Positions 1-11,400 of a stretch of 64,000 bases of DNA are shown here, piece by piece. Origin of the DNA: a virus; the IMG/VR virus record IMGVR_UViG_3300008963_000001, positions 32,001-96,000 of that record; one strand, given 5' to 3'. Positions within the stretch are counted from its first letter, which is position 1, and every line of letters begins with the position of its first letter. Made by a program: the position numbers and the translations under genes. The notes beneath the pieces are model-generated. The model was given only the letters and a program-made list of their open reading frames with translations. It was not told the origin of the DNA and did no database searches.

Positions 1-780
1 ATCTATGTCCCACGTTATCTCTTGTTCTCCGTTAAAACTGCTTCCTTTAATATATTCGCCAGGAACAAGACGATTAGGTGTAGGAGCAAAAATGCTTATA
101 TCTCTGCTGCCATTAAAACCAACACCATTTATAGTCCTGGTGTTATCTAATATTTCTGCACGACTAGCTAGGCCTATCAAATTGCCATCTATTACTGTAT
201 TATCTCTTAGAGTCATTCCCGGCGATATGCTGTCAAAACCAGGCAAATCATTAATTTCTTGATTTACATTAAAATTATTATTAGATGAAATAGCAATCAC
301 TGCGTTATCAATCGTATGCAGTATTACCGGGTAATCTTTGCCGTCTTGTCCCCTAATTTCGCTTGATACGTCGCGAGTGGTTTCGAAATTAGCAAGATTG
401 TTCGGTCCAACAAATTCCCAATTTGTGCCGTCGTAAACAAAAAGAATATTATCTGTGGTACGCAACCAAAAGGAACCCAAAGGAGGATTTTCTGGCTCAA
501 CATCTGAGCGAGCAGCCGATCCTACAGGATTCCAGGAATCTCCGTCATAACTGTTTAGTGTGTTATCTACGTTATTAAACCATAGCTGACCCGATATTGG
601 CGTGCTTGGCGGAGCATCATTGGAAAAGTTTTCTAACAGAAAAACAAAATTTTCGTTCTGTATTTCACCATAACCGGTTGTATTTCGTCCTACAAGAGGA
701 AGTGTGGTTGTTGTATCTATTGTTCCATCTTGTAAGACAGTTAATACAGCCCCGTTAAATCTGTTTATTTGATAACTCAT
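1..780 (-). CDS. Tail fibre/baseplate-associated structural protein, truncated by the window edge (paralog of the two upstream genes)
   Basis: Not in the ORF track. Manual translation from ATG at 780 gives MSYQINRFNGAVLTVLQDGTIDTTTTLPLVGRNTTGYGEIQNENFVFLLENFSNDAPPSTPISGQLWFNN, the same N-terminal module as 795..2669 and 2678..4825. GGAG lies upstream. Confidence 0.85.
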   Translation of the reverse strand, partial: MSYQINRFNGAVLTVLQDGTIDTTTTLPLVGRNTTGYGEIQNENFVFLLENFSNDAPPSTPISGQLWFNNVDNTLNSYDGDSWNPVGSAARSDVEPENPPLGSFWLRTTDNILFVYDGTNWEFVGPNNLANFETTRDVSSEIRGQDGKDYPVILHTIDNAVIAISSNNNFNVNQEINDLPGFDSISPGMTLRDNTVIDGNLIGLASRAEILDNTRTINGVGFNGSRDISIFAPTPNRLVPGEYIKGSSFNGEQEITWDID

Positions 781-794
781 TTATCGCTCCGTGT

Positions 795-2669
795 TTATGG
801 TGGTAAAATTTCATCGCTAACAAACGTCCAAGTACCGCCTAATATTTGAAATGTTTTTATTATTCTTGTGACAGTTACGGACGATCCAGCAACTGTTGCT
901 GTAGAAACATTTACATTAGTAACTGCTGGCGCTGTGCCTGTTGGTGTGACAAAAGTCGCCGTGCTTTCGTTTACTAAAGGATTTATATCTAATGTTACAG
1001 CATTATTATTAAGGATATTGCAGAGAATTCGAGCAAGAGTTCCGTTTCTGTATTCTACAGGAGGTGCTAGATTTGTTAATATTTCATTAGCAATATAGTT
1101 ATTGGGCTTGGCATCTGATAAATCAATGCTAAACACTAAGTTCCTTGTTTCAATAGTATCATCCACATACTCTTTAGATGCAGCATCTTGCTGATCGATT
1201 GGATCTGCAAGTCCTGTAATTCTAGGAGAGCCGAGGAGAGCAACATTTCCGTCTCCGTCTGGTTCTAATTCTAAATCATCATTGTTCGCGACAGTAGAAA
1301 TTTTATGATTTTCTAGGCGCATTTCTGTCACAGGCGGAATGCCAGGGCCTATATTTACTACATTCTGTGTACCAAAACTAGTAACACCAGGAATGCTTGT
1401 TATGCCGGGGCCTAAACTACTGCCATCGATAACAGTCTTTCCGTCTATTTTAAATGCTTTTCCGCTAACAAGATTAATGTGATCCGAACTTGTCCATGCT
1501 TGTGACGCTAGTGTAGGCAATAAATTTGTTCCAGTCTGGCCTTGGTCGCTCCATAGAAACACGTGATCGTTAGTTCCTTTGAGGATTAAGCCGCCGCCGT
1601 CGGCAATCTCGTCAGAATTAGAGCCGCTATCGCCGGTTTGTGCAAGCACCATGACTTTGTCTTCGATAACAAGTTCTGAAGTTTTAATTTGAGAAACATC
1701 ACCGTCGTTTATCGTTAAATTGCCTTTGATAGTAATATCGCCAGCAATTTCGATGTCACCACCGAGATTTAATTTGCTGTCTGTAAATCCAGGATATACA
1801 TTTACAGTTCTATCAGCTGGATTTATAAGAAGCGCATTTTCTTGGTTTATGCCTCGTCTTACATTTAGAATAAGATTTCTATCAGTTGCCGCGTTTCTTA
1901 AAACAACATCGCCTTGATTTTCAACCAATAATCTTGCTTGGCTACCAGAACCAACTTGAATTCCTAGATCTGTGTTGATACTAATCGAGCCGTTAATTTG
2001 ATTTGCAGTATCGGTTCTTACATAACTTGATGCAGGAGCGCCTCCTAGACTTTCGGCATTTGTAGCAGTCACATCAAACTTTAGCCCTGCTAGATTACCT
2101 GCATTAAAACCAGGAACAATATCTCCAGTAAACCCTTCTATTGTTTCTTTCGGCGTAAAACTGTCTTTAGAGAAAATACCTAACAGTATGCCATTATTGT
2201 AAAACAGAGTCACAACTCTGCTTTGGTTCAAACTGTCTAAAATAGTTTGTACTTCAATACCGCTTTTAAGCTGTGTTTCGCTAAAAGACGGTCCTAATAA
2301 TATAGTGTTTTCGCCGTCGAAAAAATACAATTGTTTATCTATGTCATTGAACCAAAGATCGCCTACACCTAATGTCTGCGGCTGGACGTTAGAAATAGTT
2401 GCAGAGCTTACAGGAACAAATGCAGTTCCTGTATATACTTTAAGTTTTAGTTCGTTTGTATCAAACCATACTTGGCCAGCAATTGGTTTTTCTGGTTCTG
2501 CTGTGCTTGCAAAATTTTCAAGCAATTGAATAAGATTTTCATTATAGGCTTCGCCGAAACCACTATAGTTTTTACCTATTAATGTCAAATCAGTAGTTTG
2601 GTCATCGATTTGGCCATCTGCTACTGTCGTTAATAGTGTTCCGTCTGTTTTGTTAATCTGATATGCCAT
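795..2669 (-). CDS. Tail fibre/baseplate-associated structural protein (624 aa)
   Basis: Long ORF with the shared N-terminal 'GKNYSGFGEAYNENLIQLLENFA...PIAGQVWFD' module. Beta-rich G/N/T/D fibre-like body, in the baseplate operon. Confidence 0.75.
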   Translation of the reverse strand: MAYQINKTDGTLLTTVADGQIDDQTTDLTLIGKNYSGFGEAYNENLIQLLENFASTAEPEKPIAGQVWFDTNELKLKVYTGTAFVPVSSATISNVQPQTLGVGDLWFNDIDKQLYFFDGENTILLGPSFSETQLKSGIEVQTILDSLNQSRVVTLFYNNGILLGIFSKDSFTPKETIEGFTGDIVPGFNAGNLAGLKFDVTATNAESLGGAPASSYVRTDTANQINGSISINTDLGIQVGSGSQARLLVENQGDVVLRNAATDRNLILNVRRGINQENALLINPADRTVNVYPGFTDSKLNLGGDIEIAGDITIKGNLTINDGDVSQIKTSELVIEDKVMVLAQTGDSGSNSDEIADGGGLILKGTNDHVFLWSDQGQTGTNLLPTLASQAWTSSDHINLVSGKAFKIDGKTVIDGSSLGPGITSIPGVTSFGTQNVVNIGPGIPPVTEMRLENHKISTVANNDDLELEPDGDGNVALLGSPRITGLADPIDQQDAASKEYVDDTIETRNLVFSIDLSDAKPNNYIANEILTNLAPPVEYRNGTLARILCNILNNNAVTLDINPLVNESTATFVTPTGTAPAVTNVNVSTATVAGSSVTVTRIIKTFQILGGTWTFVSDEILPP

Positions 2670-2677
2670 TTAATTTC

Positions 2678-4825
2678 CTATTCAAAAGTAGTCTCGAACT
2701 CGGCTGGTCCAGATCGTATTATATAATTTAGAGTCAAATAAGGGTTCATAATACCAACAGCAGTTCCTAAATTTACAGTTTCTGGTTTCTTTATACCGCC
2801 CGAATCATATAGGTATTGTGCTTGTCCAGGCTGTGTTCCGCCAAGGCCCGATACACCCGATGCGTTAATTGCTGAATCTGGCAGTACTGCACCGTACTGT
2901 ATGCCGTCTGCTATCATATCGTGGCTGTGCTCAGGAAGATTACTTAACTGTAGTTCGACGTTGCTCGCGCCGCTTGATGCGCCTAAGGTTGTTGATTCGA
3001 TGCCTTCTACGCGCTCAGGCGACGGTATGCCGCCGCCGGCGTCTACATAGGCACCTGTTGGGCTTCCTGTTAACGGAACCTGATCGCCGTTGTCCATGTT
3101 ATGTCTACCCAAAGCAAATCTTCCTCTTAGATCGGGTAGCCTAAAAGTGTTTATCCCTCGCACCGGTTCTGTTCCGTTGTATGTTGTACCTAAGATATCG
3201 AACAACTGAGGATATTTTGCAATTTCTACCTCACTGCCGTCACAAAGCAAATAACCAACTGGAGGATTTTGTCCTGCATATGGAATGATTGCGCCGATTG
3301 GCATGCCTAAGTCGCCAACAAACACATCACGTGACTGTTTGTATAAACCTGTATCTGAGCCTTCGGATCTAAATGTTAAAACAAAGTCTGATCGTTGACT
3401 TTGTGTCGGAAAAGGTTCAGGTTTATCGTTAATAATCGCAGATGTAAGCGAAGTTTGGAATATTTTTGTTCTAGTCCCAACTTGGCCGTCAAATTGTATT
3501 GGAGCAGAAGTTACATCTCCTGCCAACTGAAAACTGGTTATGTCTTGTAGTGCTGTTGCGGTTGCGGCATTTCCTGATATGTTACCGTCGATTGTTCCTA
3601 CAATTTCGTCTGCTCGAATGCGTACAGCATTAATTTCTTTCCATCGACTATTTTGCGTGCCTAAAACATATTGTCCGGTATTAGAGGGAAGTATATCTGT
3701 CGCGGTTGTTTGATCAAGCACTTCTAAAGTGCTTCCTATTTTTAAGTTTTTTGTAATAGACATCCCGCCAGCGGTAGAAATGCTACCATTGTTGAGATTT
3801 GTACTTTCCGAATTATCTTGTATCGATAATCTACCTTCTGCGATTCCTACATTGCCTACTACATCTAAGGCATTTGTAGGAGATAACGTATTGATGCCTA
3901 CCCTGTCATCTATTATACGCACAATAGTAGAAGGAATATTATTTCTATTTGTCTGTATGTCTATCGAACTTCCTACAGCATTGTTAAAAATTTTCGCTGT
4001 GTTTGCGCCGTCTGACAACAACCGAAAGCTGCTATCGATGCCAATATTAAGTCCATTATTATTTCTAATATTAAATGATTGATCAGTTGTGTTGACGGTG
4101 TCGTTACGCAAAAATCTACTCGAGGGGACTGTTTCGCTTCCTACAACTAAGCTTTCTGATTCAGTTGCTGTTCCTATTAATTTAGGTAACACTCCGCCGA
4201 AAAGTTCTGTAAACTGATTACGTTCGTTTTCGTCGCCGGGTGTAGTTATATTAATTCCTGCCGATATACTATCAAAACCAGTAATTTCTACCTTTGGTGT
4301 AAATGTGTCTTTACTTACTATAGCTACTGGGAGATCTGCCAAATAAAGTATCAATATAGATCTACTTATATTATTGGTATCAGTTATAGTTTCAACAGCA
4401 GGCCCGTATCTCAAACCATCAATTGTGCTTTCTTGAGGACCAACAAGAAGCCATCTCTGTCCAGTAAATATCCTCAGTTGCTGATTTGCAGTATCAACCC
4501 ACAATTCTCCTACATTAGAATCTTCAACGGCAGGCTGAGCTACGCCTCGTTGTATATTAGATGCAGCACGCCAATTTGTATTATCGAATATTTGTAAAAT
4601 ACCACTGTCTGTGTCGTACCACAATTGTCCTTCTACAGGGTTGACGGGTTGCTCATTGTCTGCAAAATTTTCGAGCAACTTTAGAAAGTTTTCTCCGATT
4701 ATCTGTCCATAGCCTGTTACATTTCTCCCTGGAAAAGTAAGGCTTGTGTCGGTATTAGATGTATTATCAAATACAGTAATAGGACTTTTATTTTCGCTGT
4801 CTGTAAAATTAATAATATATGGCAT
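2678..4825 (-). CDS. Tail fibre protein with C-terminal phage tail-collar domain (715 aa)
   Basis: Tail-collar motif 'PIGAIIPYAGQNPPVGYLLCDGSEV...YPQLFDILGTTY...FRLPDLRGRF'. Same N-terminal module as its neighbours. Confidence 0.85.
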   Translation of the reverse strand: MPYIINFTDSENKSPITVFDNTSNTDTSLTFPGRNVTGYGQIIGENFLKLLENFADNEQPVNPVEGQLWYDTDSGILQIFDNTNWRAASNIQRGVAQPAVEDSNVGELWVDTANQQLRIFTGQRWLLVGPQESTIDGLRYGPAVETITDTNNISRSILILYLADLPVAIVSKDTFTPKVEITGFDSISAGINITTPGDENERNQFTELFGGVLPKLIGTATESESLVVGSETVPSSRFLRNDTVNTTDQSFNIRNNNGLNIGIDSSFRLLSDGANTAKIFNNAVGSSIDIQTNRNNIPSTIVRIIDDRVGINTLSPTNALDVVGNVGIAEGRLSIQDNSESTNLNNGSISTAGGMSITKNLKIGSTLEVLDQTTATDILPSNTGQYVLGTQNSRWKEINAVRIRADEIVGTIDGNISGNAATATALQDITSFQLAGDVTSAPIQFDGQVGTRTKIFQTSLTSAIINDKPEPFPTQSQRSDFVLTFRSEGSDTGLYKQSRDVFVGDLGMPIGAIIPYAGQNPPVGYLLCDGSEVEIAKYPQLFDILGTTYNGTEPVRGINTFRLPDLRGRFALGRHNMDNGDQVPLTGSPTGAYVDAGGGIPSPERVEGIESTTLGASSGASNVELQLSNLPEHSHDMIADGIQYGAVLPDSAINASGVSGLGGTQPGQAQYLYDSGGIKKPETVNLGTAVGIMNPYLTLNYIIRSGPAEFETTFE

Positions 4826-4828
4826 CTA

Positions 4829-5467
4829 TTAAACCTCGTTGAAGCCCGTCAAACTTTGAATACGTATAGTGTAGTCTATTTGGAGCAGTCGATTAAGTGA
4901 CTTCTGAACAGGATGGAAAATAACATGTGTTAAAAGTTTGCCAGAACCGTTTGGATCAAACGATCTAAGACCCAGTTCGTCAAAAACAAATTCGCCATCA
5001 AGGTCAACGGAATTATCAAATGCTTCTTGTTCATCCGGCTCGCCATAATCTAGCAAACAGCTTACAACTATATCACTGTAAGTTGCACCACTAATATGTC
5101 TCACTTCGGTTTTATTTCTAAACGGATCACTATTTTCTATGGAATTTTGATCTATTACTTTAGAATATGTTTGATTATAAAGACTAGAATTTGTTCCAAT
5201 TGTATTTGGAGTAAGATATGTAATTAATCCCGTAGGATCAACTGTTGTTCCTCCAGATCCGAAATCCATTTGAAAAAGCGTTCCAATGCCTTGATTTGAC
5301 AAAGAATTGGCTAGTGCAATACTCATGTTTTCATAATGTATTGCATTTCTTTTGTCTATAAAAACCTCATTAGACGCAGGATCGTATATTTTTATATGGC
5401 CTTCGACATGAAAACCTGTTGTTTCGTCTGGTTTTTTAGATGGTTGCGTGTTATTTTCCATTGACAT
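4829..5467 (-). CDS. Hypothetical virion structural protein (212 aa)
   Basis: Intact ORF in the structural operon, preceded by an ATAAATA motif. Confidence 0.6.
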   Translation of the reverse strand: MSMENNTQPSKKPDETTGFHVEGHIKIYDPASNEVFIDKRNAIHYENMSIALANSLSNQGIGTLFQMDFGSGGTTVDPTGLITYLTPNTIGTNSSLYNQTYSKVIDQNSIENSDPFRNKTEVRHISGATYSDIVVSCLLDYGEPDEQEAFDNSVDLDGEFVFDELGLRSFDPNGSGKLLTHVIFHPVQKSLNRLLQIDYTIRIQSLTGFNEV

Positions 5468-5482
5468 CTCTTAATTTGCTAT

Positions 5483-5490
5483 GTATTTAT
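5483..5490 (-). promoter_or_regulatory. Late promoter-like motif upstream of 4829..5467
   Basis: ATAAATAC overlapping the stop codon of the giant gene. Confidence 0.5.
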
Positions 5491-8400
5491 TCAGGTAATT
5501 CGGTATTCTTTTCCTGTATGAATTTTGCGATAACAGAGTTGTTATCAATCAGCGATTCTCCAGTTGTAGCTGTGCTTTCGCCTCTGTCATACCAAGAAGA
5601 GCCGGTTTTCTTAATCACTGTAATTCTAGTTCCGGCCTCAGGAACAGCAGTAAGTCTGATAAAAGTGTCTTCGCCAGACACACTAAAATCTGCTTCAACT
5701 GTTTCGTCAGATTCTGGGCTGTATGCTCCTAATTCGGCATTAAACATTTGTCTAGGTGTTTTAACCAGTCGGCGACCGCCTACAAAAACTTCAACGTCGT
5801 TGCACTGATAATAGTTGTTTGGAATTGTGTTTCTAAACCAATTTTTTATATCAGTCTTTTGAGGAATAAACGGTAGAGGTCCTATCAAGTTCGAACTGCC
5901 GTCAGATACAAAATCAATTCTTTCTTGCGATTCTGAATATGGAATTATATCACTTATTCCCTGTGATACTATTTTAGAACCTGCTGAATAAGACTCACCA
6001 ATAGGCGATCCTAGTGCTCCTCTTCTAAGTTGGCTTAGTGTATTGCCTGTTTTGTTAAAATATTCAATTTTTTCGCCGTCGATTTCGATCATTCCCGGCC
6101 GATTTTTCTCTGTATCAGGTTCATATAGTAATTCTGCATTTGAGACTACAATTTCTGTGTCATAATAATTCAAATCCTGCTGTAATACAATATCATTTTT
6201 ACTGTATCTAAAGAATCTATCTACATTAAGCATGTCTTTGTGTATCTCATAGGCACTAGGCAGAGAGAATACATCATTGCCGAAGGCAAATATTTTAATG
6301 ATGTCTGATTCCGTTGTTTGACTGTTTAAATAAACACTTCTTTTGTCTGGTGACAAATAATATTCGCTGTCCAATGTTAATCGTTCTCCGTTTAGGTAAA
6401 CGTAAAGGAAACTGGCAGATACTGGTTCAAAATTCAGCTCAAATTTTACTTGGCCTCCTGAATATTCGTCGCTGATAAATTCTTGCGAAGGGTACTGTCT
6501 AAACCATGTAATCTGAATTGTGTCACTGTGCTGTAAGTCTACAGATTCTGATATAATTAAATTGTTTTCGTTAATTCTAAAATCTGTTCTAAAGTCGTTT
6601 TCTATTTTTATAACGTCTCCTTCTACAAGAGCTTCTTCATTTATAATAACAGTTTTAGTTGTTCCATTAAACACGTAATCAGTAATAAATTCTAACTGCT
6701 CATTGTTTTTAAACACAGTTAAATTAGCATTTAATATAGATCCTGCACTTTCTTCAGGATCTGTGCCAATTACAATTTCATTATTGGTCCCGTCATATAT
6801 TTTAACAACTGTGTCAACACCTCGCAGTACACGATTATTGACTTCTACAAGAACACTGCTGTTTTCAGCACCTTCTTGCAGATTAGCATAGTCAGTAATT
6901 TCAAAAGATCTCGTGCTGCCATCGTGCTGGGAAGATTCTTGGTTAATGGTCACTATGTCCGACTCGCTAGAAGTTAAATTAGAATAAGCACCAAGTGCAA
7001 CAATCTTTATTGAGTCATTAAATTCTGGAGCATTACCAAACTGGACTAAAGTTTTATCTGGCTGATCAGTTAGCTCGGTACTATCAATAAATTCAACATC
7101 GGTTTGTATTCCGTTTACTGTAACAAAAATTGAGCTTGTTAGATCAAAATTAGCACTTGTTAAAAACAGCGAAGTTTCTCCGTCGCCTACATATTCTTTA
7201 AAATCAATTATTCTAAGACCGCCTAAACCAATTGAAAATATTTCTATAGTAGATCCTGTTGCGGGCGGGTCAAAGAATTCCAATGTATAACTATTGAGAT
7301 TTAAATCGTAGTCTGTTTCAAAAGTTTTCTGCTGTTTGTCAACGTAAACTATTACAGATTTTGTTTCTAGAATCGTTTGGCCTATGTCGAAAAATCTAGT
7401 GCTTCCGTCTCCAACGATTTTACGAGTAAGTGCTGGTGTTGTACCAGAAATTGAATTCTGATAAACTGTAATTGACAAACTGTCTAAAACCTGTCCTGGA
7501 ACATTTTCTTCGGTTGCAGGAGTATTTTCTGGAGTATTATAGCCATCGCCGTCTATGGATATTTCCTCTGGCGTGCTTCCGTTTGCAGTAATGTAGGCAT
7601 TGTCTATACTGGAAAGAGTGCCTCCCGACAGTCTTGTGTCTAATACATTAATATCATTTATTGTTACAGAACCGTCAGAATCTGCAGGACGGAATATTAA
7701 GGTATCTCCGTCATTTAGACTAACGTATGACCCTATCTCAACAGTTCTACTTGTGCCATCGCCTACAAATGTAGGCATAACTGCATTTTTGTTTGTTACA
7801 AGACTAGAATCTCCGTCGGAAGCAAAATTAGGGTCGTCTATCCGTACTGTAGTAGGCATATTGAATTCCGAAGAATACTGCAAATTATCAATTGTAGGTT
7901 CCGGTATATTTTGTTGCCTTTGCAGATAAACGTTTATTTCTTGCCCTTGTGCAGGAATAAAGGGCAAATCTATGGAGTTAGTCGACCCATCTACAACAAC
8001 ATAAAAATCGGATTCGGACTCAACACTGTCCCAGGAATCCGTAAACCATGGAAGTGCATCCCAACCGCCGGTAACATCAAACGTTGTTCCTTGAATCTTA
8101 ACACCGCCATAATCAACGCCGGTCATTAGCTGATCTAAATCTTTCCCTTTCATTCCTGTTCCAGGACTGTAAAAGGAATCAATACGATCTACTGCATCGA
8201 AAATTTCTTGGTTAATGGTGTATGTAATTTCAATACTATCGCCAACAGCAGGTGGTTCGACAAAAGTAATCTGTCCTTTAAGGGCATTATAACCATTTAC
8301 GTTCTGTTTAAACAGTGTAATCGAATAATCGCTATCTAGTGCAAGTTGGTTGTTAATGCTAACTGAAATATTCTCGTTGGAATTAGACGGCGGATACTTT

Positions 8401-11400
8401 AACGAATAAACCGCAGACGAGCCCGTTCCAACAAATGTTTCAGAGTTGGTAAATTTTTGGTAATTGCCTAGCGCAGAAAGTCTATCAAACTTAATTGTTA
8501 AGTCCATTGATCTCACTTTCGAATCGCCTATTATTGCTACTGCTCTTGCAACGGTATCGCCGGTGCTTGTTCCTCCAACTAGTTTAATTTGAGGTGCTTT
8601 GGTATATCCTTGTCCTTGATTAAGTATTTTTACACCACGCACTCGGCCATTGGCAATATAGGCAATTGCCTCTGCTCCTGTGCCGTCTCCTTCAATAAGC
8701 ACTCTCGGCTGTGCCACATAATTGCTACCTGGATCGGTAACTTCAATATTGACAACCCCAAATCCGTTGTTGTCTAACCACCATCTCCACGGATATTCCT
8801 GAACAATAGGATCCGTAGATTGAGTTGGAACAACCCGGCCTTGTGTAGAATTATAATAGGCAGGCAAGTCGAAATCGGTTGTAGAAGTTCTCGACTCGTC
8901 TGTGTTTTTATATTTGCTTACAAATTCTCTAATAGAAGATCGATAGGGTTTTACTTCATTGACATAATCTTCGTAACTTTCGAGGCTGTCATTTTCATAG
9001 TTTATTTTCTGTTTTAGATTACCTACACGATGAGTTGCTTTGAGAAAACTTGTTTTAAACAACCAATCTACATATGCCTGCTCTACTAACACATATCGCA
9101 TGGTTGCAAAGAACAGTTTATTGTATTCCTGTGCGTAAGTTCCTATAAAAATGTCATTTTTAACAGCTTTTAAAATATTCCTTATTTCTTGCGAATTATT
9201 ATTGTCATAAAAGCCGCCATCATAGGCACTTGCAGAGTCATAACCTATTCCAGCTAGTGAAGTATCAAAAATAGATCTGTCAAATTGAATAGTGCCACGT
9301 TCACGACCTACTAGTGTGTATTTGTTTAAGAAATCACTTTCACTGTCGGATACTTTTTCAAAAACAGCCCAGCCGCCTGAACCGTATTCTTGTATTCTTA
9401 ACAGATCTCCTATTTCAACTTCTACAGTCGGTTCTTGTGCAACACTTTGTATTTCTTTAACGATGCTGCGTTCGGCGCTATAACCTTCCTTCCAAAAATC
9501 TGCAAACGACCAATATCTTGCGGTGTCGAACGCCTGAGATAAGCTTCGGAAAAATACTTGTCTCTGGTCGTCCCAACTGTAAATCCCCCAAAATCCATTT
9601 GCGTTAGAATCTGATTTTACTAGAACTGCAAATCTTCTTGCTTTTAAGGTAATTTCTGTGTAATTTCGACCTCTCCTAGTGACAGTCACGCCGTTTACTC
9701 TGCCCTGATTATCTATTGTAACTTCAACTTCAGCATTTTCCCCGTTACCTTCTATTTCTACAATAGGAGCAATTTTATATCCAAACCCAGGATCTAAAAT
9801 TTCTACTGTTTCCAGTTCTCCGTCGGCTAGATTGGGTTTTAAAACTGCCTGTTTTAATCTAGATGTTCCGATAGACTGTAAATCTTCAAACACATCCACT
9901 TCAGTATCATACAGATTTAGCAAAGGACTAGGTGTAGTATCTACTAAATTCAAATTCTCAAAACTGATAGTGTCTGCAAACGGTTCTTGCCTTAGCACAG
10001 TATTAACTCGATCAGTTACGATTTCTAAAGCTTTAAACCTGTCAACAAACATACTTTGTCTTGGCCTATACAGTATACCATACTTTTGTTTTGTTGGAAG
10101 ATTTTCAGCAGGGACCTTTAACCCTGCAGAGTTGTACCCTACAAGACTGTCTATCCATTTGTTTTCTAATTTTTTATTAGGAACGCTTGTTGCTACGCCT
10201 TCTGACAACAACTGCCACTCGCTGTGAACAGGATTTTGTTTTTGTAGTGATGTATAAAATTCAAAGTTTACTAACGATGTTGACTCATTAACAACATTAT
10301 CAAAATTATATAGAATAAAACTGTTGGGTCCGCTTAGGCCTATAAATGCAGATCCGACGCTTTGTGGGTTTTCAATTAAATCTCTAATGCTAGCTGCGCT
10401 AAGATTCTTGGTTAACTCGTCGCCGACAATTGTTTTATTTCTTACCCAGTAGTAGTATAAGGTTTGTGTTGGCTGTTGAGTATCGGGGTCGAACAAGGTT
10501 TTAACCGAATACACGTTGTCTTCAGGATACAACGGTTGTCCTGAAACTCCAAGGTTTAACCCTTCTGTTGTGTCGGCTAAAAGACTCCATTGGCTAGGTA
10601 GCAGGCGCGACTCGACCCATTCGTAGATGTCGATCCTCGATCCTGTCACTTGTCGATTCCAATTTCCTAATCTATAAGATAGTTCTCCTTGTTCGTAATC
10701 TAGCCACTTCGCTGTAGAGACATCCCACCAAATTTTTCCTACGTTTCGATCAGCCCACGCGGTTTGAGGATCAACCACCGCATCGAGCTCTAAGCTAAAG
10801 CTATATACTGCCGGATCGTAGCTGGTTTTAAAATCTATCTGTGATTCTGCAATGTTTAAAATTTTTCCTTTGGCAGAATCTACAACATCTAGGTCTTGTA
10901 TCTTAACACTGTTTATGTTATCGTATAATTCAGTAGATTTTACTAGATCAATATTAGTTTTAGCTTGTTGTTGCGCAATGGTCCTCAATGATTCTGCGTT
11001 TACAAGTTTATTGAAGGTTCTAAATTTCCCTCTGCCGCCATCTTCTAATCTATAGTGCGGAGATCCCACAACAATATTATTACCTTCTGCATCTACGCTA
11101 GAACCAAAACCTTCGTTTGCTTGTAAATCTTCTTGTATTTTTTCGGCTAAGAAATATTTGCTTCCTTTTAGTTCAAACAGGTAGACCGAGCCTGCATATC
11201 CCGGCTCTTCAAAAAACTCTGTAGTACGTTCGTCAAACACTGTTGAGTTGTTGTCGAATCTCACAGGTGGTGCGTAAGGAGAGTTTTTAGCTCCTACTGC
11301 AATTTTACTAGTATCCGAGCTGATAGAAATGCTGCTTCCAAAAAATTCATTAGGATATCTTTCAAAGCTGCTGATGTCCTGTGCTAGACTGAATGTGTTT

